This document shows, in pieces, positions 52,730 through 62,604 of a stretch of DNA of 64,000 nt; the first letter of the stretch is position 1; each line of letters opens with the position of its first letter. The notes beneath the pieces were generated by a model. That model searched no databases, was not told where the DNA came from, and saw nothing but the letters and a program-made list of their open reading frames with translations. Source of the stretch: Antedon mediterranea (lineage: Eukaryota; Animalia; Echinodermata); NCBI RefSeq assembly GCF_964355755.1, contig NC_092670.1, positions 37,002,388 to 37,066,387 of the forward strand, in the 5' to 3' direction. The translations under genes were made by a program, and so were the position numbers.

Positions 52730-53330
52730 TACCTTGCGATTTGTTTAGCTTGGCCCAACTCCAGTTAGGCCTACTGAATTCCAAAAATTAATAGTACAGT
52801 ACAAGTGTTATCATTTTAATTTTCTTATGTAAAATTTCCAATTGAATACCGTTATTGATTGTTTTGTAATTTATTATTGTATTTATTGCGCATCATCACT
52901 ACAATCAGGTAAATTTTGTAAGAAGCGTGTGTGTAAGACCAGTAGCATTTTGGAATCCTACATTTGGGGATGGGGATGTTGTTATCTTTTTTAAATTTCG
53001 TCCGTTACGTTTGTTTAAATATTGTGATAACTATTAATACGTTATAAATTAAATTATTGATATCGATAGTGGCTTAATACTTATTTATAATACTAATTTG
53101 ATTTGTTAAGTACACGCTCATTGTATAAATGGGTTAGCCCGTCCCCCATATTTGGGTCAGAGAATGTCAAGGGTCAACTTTGCACGGTTGATGTGTTTTG
53201 GTTTTGTGTGTGCGATACGATGATGATGGGTGATGATGCAAGTTGAAAACATTTTAAATTGTCCATATTTAATACTGATTTGTGATTGACGATATTTACA
53301 ATATTGTTTGGGTTAATAGGTAAATTTTTG
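52730..53330. promoter_or_regulatory. Putative bidirectional promoter region between paralogue B and EIF2B4
   Basis: Divergent genes whose first coding exons both begin with splice acceptors (exon starts 51431 and 54032). Candidate 5'-UTR donors: CAAG|GTAGGT on minus at 52732 and AG|GTAAAT on plus at 53320, followed by a CTAG/GC-enriched patch at 53340-53600. Confidence 0.4.
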
Positions 53331-53635
53331 TAATTTAAACTAGGTGAAGCTAGCTAAATTAACTAAGCCTAGTAGTAGTAGTAGTAGTAGGCTAATAATA
53401 AAGCTAGGCCTAGCTAGTTTAGTCAGAGAGGCCGCCGTATAACCAGCCAGGCCAGGGCCCTCCTCCCAGGCTTTATCTAGCTAGAGAGGAGGGACTAGGC
53501 CTAGTCTAGGTCCCAGCTAGCCAGGCTGGTTCTACTAGTAGGGTTGGCCCCTAATTCTACTTACTAACTAGCTAGTACTAACGGCTACTGTCTGTTAATT
53601 ATAATAATATCCTGGATTTTAAGCACTGAACATTA

Positions 53636-53830
53636 TTACCCCAGCCCGGTAATTTTTTTGGATCAAACACTTTTGGAAACATACTCCAATAAATGCAGCT
53701 AGTAATCAACGCAAAGTTGTGTCTTGATCTTACCGGGTTCACATTTATACACCTGGGTGGAGAGAGGCAAAACATAAGTTAGTAAAGTATCTTGCCTAAG
53801 CAAATGCGATCTCACAATTAGTAGTCGAAC
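53636..53830 (-). mobile_element. CORE-type SINE fragment
   Basis: CATTTATACACCTGGGTGGAGAGAGGCA...AAGTATCTTGCCTAAG; homologous copy at 60203-60370; another decayed SINE at about 54290-54710. Confidence 0.55.
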
Positions 53831-54038
53831 GTCCAACACAAAATAATGGCCTACTGTGACAATAAACATGTCTAGACCCCTATTGCAAAACTGCAATAAT
53901 AATGGAAACTGGATCCATGGACCATGGTGAAAATAACTAAACCCAGTTATGCCGAGGACATGGCATTGAAGCTAAAAAAGAATGGATGTAATAAATTCTT
54001 GATTTATTTAAATATATTTCTGTATCTGTAGACCAAGA

Positions 54039-54059
54039 ATGAAAATATACAATGGCTGA
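54039..54059 (+). promoter_or_regulatory. Out-of-frame uORF (MKIYNG*) overlapping the EIF2B4 start codon
   Basis: ATG AAA ATA TAC AAT GGC TGA lies inside the exon starting at 54032; the main ATG is at 54052. Confidence 0.55.
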
Positions 54060-57000
54060 TGTAGCAGAAAAACCTAAGCACACCTCAACCAGTGAAAAGA
54101 AAAGTAAGAAGTCGAAAAAAGAAAAAAAGCCTAAAGATAAGCATAATGTACCTCATGAACCCAAGACAACGTCAGCTGCACCAGCAGCAGAGGGGGAAAG
54201 TGAAGTTCCACAGAAGAGCAAATCTGAGCTGAAAGCTGAGAGAAGAGCTAAACAGGTATAATGCTATGAGCTATGATCGTTTGATTTCTTTATACCGGGA
54301 GTCCTATTCAGTACAAGACAGTTCTCAAGTGTCTTATTGGCCCATGATCAGCATACAAGAAGATGATCCCCTACTCTTTTTAAATAGTATACCAACCGAC
54401 ACTAAGTGTTTCGTACCCACCCCTTAAAATTACTCAAAATTGTTTCACTACTTCATCCAACCTACTCATTACTGTCTACAACATCCTGTAAGCATAGCAT
54501 TTAAAGAAATCAACCCCCAACTTCTCTATCATGAACATTTGTAACTTATGTACACAAGACCAATGGTTGTACGTCCCATCTGAAAAGAGAGGCAATGCAA
54601 GTGGAAGTTACTTGGCCAAGGATACAACCAATATGCCACAGACAGGTCTCGAACCCATGCCTCTCACATGCTAGTCTGATATCCCTTACCATTATACCAT
54701 ACTGCTCTAATGGGTGGTGTACACTATTAAATTAGTAATTCATTAATTGTAAACATGTGCTACAGACTGTAACAAACTACTTTATTTTATGTTGAAGTAT
54801 TGAAGTTGTACTGATTAATTTCAATTTCCAGGAGGCCCAAAGAGCAGCTAAAGCAAAGAAAGCCGGTGAAGGCAGCACAACCAAAACACCACCTGAAGGT
54901 AAATTTAACATCACTTTATTACTGCTCGGTCGACTGTGTTAAGCCCTGTCTACACTATCAAACTTTATGTGACACAATTATTTACCTGTGATGAATCATA
55001 ATTAAAATCTAAACTTTCTTTTATCTTTTTAAATCTTTACCTTCACTTTTTCTGTTGTTATTATTTTATAGAGTTTCAGTTTACTAAAACTGAAGACTTA
55101 TCTATGGTACTACAGGACGGTACTGTATTCGCATACTATTATTCATGAAGGATTTTTCATTATTTTACATAACACAAGTCATGGTTAACAGTTTTTTTTT
55201 TTCAAATACTAACTTTGGGGAAAAGATAGTGTTTAGGCCAATTTACACAGACGAGCAGTAACGGTAATAAAAATATAGAATCTATGTTATCCATTTATTT
55301 ACACACAACGTGGAGCGGACGGGCTGTTTCCTCTCAGGATACAGTAGATACAGATTCTACATGGGACAAGCTACATGGTTTTCTGCTTACCGTTACCGCT
55401 CGTCTGTGTAAATTGGCTGTGAAAGTTGGTTGAATTTGAATATGTTAAATTTAATATAATAATAAATATTAATGTGTTTGTAGGAGTTTCTCAAAAAGCG
55501 CCACCTAGAGTGTCAGCGGATCACCAATTAGATGACCCTAAAGTATTGAAGAGAAGAAACAAGAGGTTTGAGAAGCAAAAGGTTGGTAGAATTAATGTTT
55601 GCAAGTAACAAATCAAGTAATGGGAAGATATGCCCTGTAACTCACCTTAATAAGCTCTGTCTACACTAAAAATGTGATGTGCTCATATATGGACATGATG
55701 ATGTCATATCACTACTATATCTGTGCATATCACTACCACTTGTGTAGACAGAGCTTTAGCCCCAATTGGCCCATAAACATTTTGTTTTGTTGTAAATATT
55801 TATGCTCTATTTAATTGGTAGTGCCTTGTCTTAATGTACTATACTTATATGACTATTGTATATCTAGAGAAGCGAAAGCTTTTTGTCTAAAACCAAAGAA
55901 TATATCTCACAAGAATGAGTATTCCGCGATTTTTGCATGAGAAATTTGTAACAGAGAGCTCCAGAGAGTGATGCCCGCCCTCATAAGGGCGGATGTATAC
56001 ATACTAAATAAGACTTGATTTAATAGACATGATAAATGTCACATTAAATAGAATTATGATAATAGTTTTTGCAATTGTAAACTATTTTATAATACATATT
56101 TATTAACAAACTAGTGTTTATTCACTTTTACAGACAATTATTTACTAACATGCTAAGTTAGTTTACAAAAAAGGCCTAACACAGCAACACCAAAAATCAA
56201 CGAATATTACTCAGCACGGCCTATTCTTTACCATTGCCGTGTACTACTGTACGCCCGGTAAATTAAATATTGTTTTTATGATATAAATTAGTATAAAACA
56301 CATGTTATTAATAGGAGAAAATGTTAAATGTCATTAACATTTATTTGTTTTACCAGAAACAAGTTAAATATAGGAATATTATTAAACTATCCTTCGTGAA
56401 AACGCGTAAACACCAACACGCCCGGTCAAGCTATCGTAGCGCCCGGTTGATAAATCAAACTGTTTATACGGCAGTTTTTACTAAATAAATTGCATAAAAC
56501 GAACAATTAAATATTCAAATAGTATTTAACATGATGTTGGCATGTAGTTGATAACATTTTTATCATCGGAAAATACTCCGGTGGTCCAGCATTTGATTAG
56601 TGAAACCTTCACAAAAAGTTGTATACATCCCAGATACATCCACACTTATGGCGGCGCCCTACCACATTGACAATATTACTGTTACAGGGAAAATCGCAGA
56701 TTACTCATTCTTGTGATATATATTCTTTGCTAAAACCTAATTTATACAATTGTATGCATAATATATATTGATTATGCAATAAAGATATCACAAACTAATT
56801 TGTGTTATTTCGATGAGCATGTGTAGAAGTTTGCCATTTTCTATTAAGCTCTGTCTACACTATCAAATTTAATGTGATGTGCCCATATATGGACACGATG
56901 ATGTCATATCACTACTATATTTGGGCACATCACACTTTGAAATAATTAGTGAAATGTTGACCTACTTCTAACTTGAGAAATAACATTTCAGATTCCTCAA

Positions 57001-60000
57001 CGTGTTGAGCATCAGAAGAAAGTAAGCCTGTTTTCACACCTGGATCAATATGAGCGGCAGATGCCATTAACAAAAGCTCTTGGCTTCGGATCTTGTGAAA
57101 TTCACCCTGCTATCATCAAGCTTGGCTTGCAGTATGCTGAAGGCATAATCTGTGGTTCAAATGCAAGGTAATCTTAATCCTGTCTACACTGTAACTAGTT
57201 TAACAAAAAAAGTGTGATGTGCCCAAATATGTTAGTGAAATGCCCATATATGGTAGTGAAATGCCCATATATGGTAGTGAAATGCCCATATATGGTAGTG
57301 AAATGCCCATATATGGTAGTGAAATGCCCATATATGTTAGTGAAATGCCCATATATGGTAGTGAAATGCCCATATATGGTAGTGAAATGCCCATATATGG
57401 TAGTGAAATGCCCATATATGGTAGTGAAATGCCCATATATGGTAGTGAAATGCCCATATATGGTCCATATATATAGATAAATAGGTATATACTTAGGAAC
57501 ATGCATATTGAAATTCAAACTCATTAATAACTTCAAAAAGAAAAATTTGTATTCTTTTAACATAGGCTGAAATATCAACATGACATGCACCCTCTGTGTC
57601 AATATTTTGCCAAGTACTTCACTAAGTCTCTAAATGTTTTCATTATTTGTTGAGTGTGGGTTGGGGGGGGGGGAAATAAGTTAATGAATGAATGAATTCT
57701 GACATAGCTTTATTTGAGCTGCAATAGAGGATTATCACACCAAAAACATGGTATAATTTTACCTTTTTTATTTCAGATGTATTGCATTAATGAACACATT
57801 TAAGAGAGTCATTCAAGACTACAGCACACCAGATGATAAAGAATTATCTAGAGACCTAGAAAGCAGAATTAAGCCATACATAAGGTACACTTCTTGTCTG
57901 GTTTGTTTTGCTACTGCGTTTTTTGTAAATTGTTATAAGAAATAACATAGAGTATCATGGTGCTGACGTCACGATGGTAGGTGGCTCTACGTGGTTGCTA
58001 GCGCAACCAAAAATGCGTTTAACCTGCCTGAGTGACTCCAAGGTCACCAATGGTTTGGAATAGGATTATTAAAGTCATTTTAAAACTTAATAATTTTCAA
58101 TAAAAACAAACTAAAATTTCAAAAGATCGCTAAATATTTGTTTTTAATAATCTATTTATTCTTCAACTACAGTTTAAGTTTTAAAAAATCAAGCTAAGAT
58201 TCATAATTTGATAGAAATACAGATCTTTACAGTTATTAACATAGTAGCGTTGAATGCATTTTTTGGTTAGCTAGCAACCATGCAGCGCCCTCTATCGTTG
58301 TGACGTCACACCGTGATACTCTATAGATTCTATATTTTTATTACTGTATTTTCCAATATTAGCAGATGTAGTTTGATTAAACTAACTGTGTTCCTCGGAC
58401 ATCTTTACGGAGAGAAGTATGCATAGAAATATGGCCTCAATAGCAAAATTCCACTACAATTGGAGCTTTAAAAGCTCTGTCTACACTATCAAACTAGTTT
58501 GACAAAAAAAGTGTGATGTGCCCATATAAGGTAGTGGCATCATCCTGTCCATATATGGGCATATCACAGTTTTTTGGCACATAATTTTATAGTGTAGACA
58601 GAGCTTTAAACAAAAAATACAATGACTAAAAAATGTTAGCATAACATGATTAGAACCACATAGGGTTTTACAACACATTACATCACAAAATGAAACATAT
58701 ACGACTTAAAGAGGAAATAATAAAATACCTGTTAAATTATTTTTTCAGCTTCCTCAATCAATGTCGGCCAAAGTCAGTGAGTATGGGTAACGCCATAAAA
58801 AACCTAAAAATGCAGATCACACACATACCATCTGACATGTCGGATACAAAGGTAATGAACAGATATAAATTCTAACAATGTTTTTTATGCATAAGAATAA
58901 GGAATATACCATCCTAGTAGAAAAACCAATAAAAACTGTTATTTTTACAGGCAAAGGAAGAACTGTATACATTTATAGATAAATATCTAAATGAGAAAAT
59001 CTTCCTAGCTGGAGAGGTGATCAAGAATTATGCCATCACTAAGATCAAAGATGGAGATGTTATTCTAGTTTATGGCTGGTAAGTGGGGCTTTGTTGCGTA
59101 TGAGCAGTGGTGTAACGAATACAAGCGCTCACTTGCTAAACCCAAGAAAACCTGAATCTTATGGGGCCCCTGAGCTGTGCCCAAAGGGAAAAACAAGTAT
59201 TAAAATATTTATAAAAAAAACACCCCAGTCCCCCAGCGTTGGAGGGCCACTTAGGGCTCTGCATTACGCAACTGCGTTCAAAAAGGGAGAGATGGATTTT
59301 TTCATTTACCATAAGTAAGAGGGTTTTATAAACTGCCTAAATTCACATCTTTCAGTTTGTCAGAGATATGAATTATGCAGTTGAGATCTTACACCAACTT
59401 TGTAAAATATAATTTGTTAGAGAAGTGTTGCTTATTTCAATAAATATTTCATCAAATATCAACTGGTTATAGATAATTGGAAGCATATAGGAATAAGAAA
59501 GATAAATATAAGAACATCATGATTGTAAAGTTCTGTCTACACTATCAAACTTAATGTTACAAAAAAATGTGCACTACCATATTTAGGCATATCACCACCA
59601 TATTTGGGAACATCATACTTTTTTGTCCAACTAGTTTGATAGTGTAGACAGAGCTTAAGAATTTAGTATTATCCTTATCACTTAAAAACCCAATATAATA
59701 TTTCTTCTCTTTCTACAGCTCGTCTTTGCTACGAAAAGTTCTTTGTGATGCCCATAATTCAGACAAGAAGTTCAGAGTAGTTGTCGTTGATAGTCGACCA
59801 AAAATGGAAGGCCGTGAAGGCTTACGAAGACTAGTCAACCATGGCATTTGTTGCAGCTATATCCTTATTAATGCTTTATCTTATATGATGCCTGAGGTGA
59901 GACTTATTTTTTGATCAAATTCAGAAACAATTAAGGAAGATAAGAGGGTCGTCAGCTCTGAGTGGTAACAAAAGCTGAGAGTTGTTGATACAGAAGCACT

Positions 60001-61189
60001 GCAAGCCCCAACCATAACCAGGGCACTCTTTAGATCGTAGTTCTGGTGGTACAAGTCTTATCAGATGAGGTGTAAACACCAGGCTCAAGTGAACCCAGCC
60101 CATCATCAATCAAAATTTATTTGACAAAGCATGTGCCCATATATGAACACGGTGATGTCGTATAATAGTTCATTCTTATATTGCACACATAAGCAAGCTC
60201 TCAATTACCCAGGTCATTTTTGGATCAAACACGTATGGAAACATACTACCATAATGGTGCAGCTAGTAATCATCGCAAAGGTGATCTAACCGGTACCCAT
60301 TTTATACACCTGGAGAGAGGAAAATTTAAATAAAGTGTCTTGCCTAATGATACAAGCAATGCGGAGAGAAATGTTGAGAAACTCACAGTTCTTTTCAGAA
60401 CTAATACACGTGGTGTACCGCAAACTTTATATCAACATTTGATTTCGCCATGCAAACCTTCAAACAATATATTTTTTTTATTCCATAGGTTACAAAGGTG
60501 TTCTTAGGAGCCCACGCCCTTCTTGCCAATGGCTATGTGATGTCACGTGTCGGTTCATCTCATGTAGCTATGGTCGCTAAAAGCTATAATGTTCCTGTGT
60601 TGGTTTGCTGTGAGACGTATAAATTCTGTGAGCGTGCTCAGACGGATAGCTTTGTTGCAAACGAACTTGGTAGGTGTATGTGTTGCTGTTTCAATCTCTA
60701 GCATGTATTGTTGTGTGTTGGGGTAAGGTACAGTATTCTGATCGCACACTATTAACTTTGAATGTTTCTTATACAACTATTCTGCTACATAATTCCACAT
60801 ATTCTATGAGCATGCTCAAACTGATAGCTTTGTTGCAAACGAAATTGGTAGGTGTATTAATTGTTGTTTCAATCTCTATTGTTGTGTTTTGTGGGTAAGG
60901 TATTCCGATCTTTTTTGCTACATAATTTTACATATTTCCTGATTATTAAAACATTATTTTTTACAAAAATGTAATATTTTTTCCAGGTGACCCTGAAGAC
61001 TTGACAAATGCAGAGAAACCAAAAAAATATCTAAGTGATTGGCGTAATATAGACTCTTTGACTCTACTTAATCTAATATATGACGTCACCCCACCTGATT
61101 TTGTTGATATAGTGATTACCGAGATAGGCATGGTGCCATGTACTTCTGTACCAGTTGTGCTACGTATGAAAAGTGCAGTGGAAGGATAA
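54052..61189 (+). CDS. EIF2B4: Translation initiation factor eIF2B subunit delta (481 aa)
   Basis: Ten phase-consistent GT-AG exons: 54052-54255, 54832-54898, 55484-55581, 56992-57167, 57777-57884, 58749-58851, 58951-59078, 59719-59896, 60489-60669, 60987-61189 (1446 nt). Hallmark motifs: [125 protein letters not shown]...[17 protein letters not shown]. Confidence 0.97.
55236..55418. mobile_element. PIF/Harbinger-like MITE
   Basis: GCCAATTTACACAGACGAGCAGTAACGGTAA pairs with TTACCGTTACCGCTCGTCTGTGTAAATTGGC (one mismatch). Confidence 0.8.
55894..56729. mobile_element. Non-autonomous P-element-like DNA transposon (836 bp)
   Basis: TIRs of about 40 bp, CAAAGAATATATCTCACAAGAATGAGTA.../...TACTCATTCTTGTGATATATATTCTTTG; 7-bp direct repeat CTAAAAC on both flanks. 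Confidence 0.75.
57221..57464. repeat. 21-bp minisatellite (about 11.6 copies) inside an H2 MITE
   Basis: Unit GCCCATATATGGTAGTGAAAT, preceded by the H2 terminus CTGTCTACACT...GTGTGATGT. Confidence 0.92.
57946..58325. mobile_element. MITE with long imperfect TIRs
   Basis: ATAGAGTATCATGGTGCTGACGTCAC...GGTTGCTAGC pairs with GCTAGCAACC...GTGACGTCACACCGTGATACTCTAT; no clear TSD. Confidence 0.65.
60623..60936 (+). repeat. Diverged tandem duplication covering the 3' end and donor of EIF2B4 exon 9
   Basis: ATTCTGTGAGCGTGCTCAGACGGATAGCTTTGTTGCAAACGAACTTG|GTAGGTGTAT recurs 178 bp later as ATTCTATGAGCATGCTCAAACTGATAGCTTTGTTGCAAACGAAATTG|GTAGGTGTAT. Confidence 0.85.
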
Positions 61190-61232
61190 ATGACATTAAA
61201 TGGAACAGCCAAATTATGATAATTAGTGTATG

Positions 61233-61238
61233 AATAAA
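61233..61238 (+). terminator. Candidate polyadenylation signal of EIF2B4
   Basis: AATAAA 44 nt after the stop codon, with GT-rich sequence downstream. Confidence 0.45.
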
Positions 61239-61589
61239 TAGAGAAAGTAAGGTACTGACTTCAAATCTAAGCATGTGTATGTACTGTATGTGTGACCTTT
61301 ACTATTACACAACGTGCAAAACACAAAAGACTCAAACACAGGTACAAAATATAGACGTGTAAGAAATTTCTTTATTAGTGTTGCTCACTTAAGGCTCTGA
61401 CTGCGAATGGTTTTCCAAACCATTTGCATTAAGTTTTAATCATTATCAAAACAAAGAAAATACACTTAATTAGTGGAGGAATTAAAGCTAATTGATTGAT
61501 GGCCGAAACAGATACCAATGACCAAAAGATTATAAATGGTTAATCCTATAAACAAATGGGGAGTAAATGTGGTGTCTAATCACATTTTA

Positions 61590-62500
61590 AGTCGAATAGT
61601 GGATATTTTGGCCTTTTTGGAAAATCCATGTACTATAGAAAAATGACAAAATTTCGACCCTTTTATTTTTCGAGATAACTGGTTACAAATACTCTATAAG
61701 TGATGATAATGCAATATATGCACATATATACTGTAGCAATATTATCGCATAATAATTGAATTTTAAAAAGTGGATATTTTGGCCATTTTTGTAAAAATTC
61801 CTGTACTATATATAGCACAGGGATTTTTTCGAAAAATGACAAAATTTCGACCCTTTTAGTTTTCGAGATAACTGGTTACAAACACTCTATAAGATGATGA
61901 TAATGCAATATTATACAAATAATGAATGTTTATGAGTGCAATGGTACAAATAATGGCACGAGGTGAATGATGAAAGGTTATATCAACGAGGCAAAGCCGA
62001 GTTGATATAACCTTTCATCATTCACCAAGTGCCATTATTTGTACCATTACACGAATACAAAACATTCATTATTTGTTTTATATAACATCTAGACGTTTTT
62101 TTTTCGTACACAAAAATGTTTCAAAAAGTACTATTTAACGATCGTTGAATAGTGCGTACTATTGCACGCCATGTGACCCACATTCGTCCAATCAAATGAC
62201 AGGAATTTATATAGGTGTTATATAAATGCACATATATACTGTAGCAATATTATCGCATAATAGTTGAATTTTAAAAAGTGGATATTTTGGCCATTTTTGG
62301 AAAAATTCCTGTACTATATATAGCACAGGGATTTTTTCGAAAAATGACAAAATTTTGACCCTTTTATTTTTCGACATGATAACTGGTTACAAACACTCTA
62401 TAAGAAGATGATAACGCAATATGTAGCAATATTATCGCATAATAATTTAATTTTAAAAAGTGGATATTTTGGCCGCCTTTGGAAAAAATCTCTGTACTCT
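61590..62500. repeat. Tandem repeat, unit about 170-190 bp (3-4 copies), interrupted by an insertion
   Basis: AGTGGATATTTTGGCC starts at 61598, 61769, 62277 and 62459. Confidence 0.8.
61911..62225. mobile_element. Hairpin-type interspersed element, class unresolved
   Basis: Near-perfect palindrome of about 160 bp (61915-62076) centred on GAGGCAAAGCCGAG; it splits a satellite unit between GCAATA(T) and ATGCACATAT. Confidence 0.65.
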
Positions 62501-62604
62501 GCCCCGTCATGAAAGAACGACTCAACTGCATAAAGCAAAGTTTTGAGATAATAAACAAAACGTGTTCTTGTTTTAGCTCTTCACGTGTGTAGATAATATT
62601 ATTT

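Noticed and set aside
57195-57602. Heptapeptide-repeat ORFs (VVKCPYM, TTIYGHF)
   Set aside because: Translation of an intronic, MITE-derived 21-bp minisatellite.
59900-60110. GC-richer intronic block considered as a snoRNA
   Set aside because: No convincing C/D or H/ACA box arrangement; more likely a repeat remnant.
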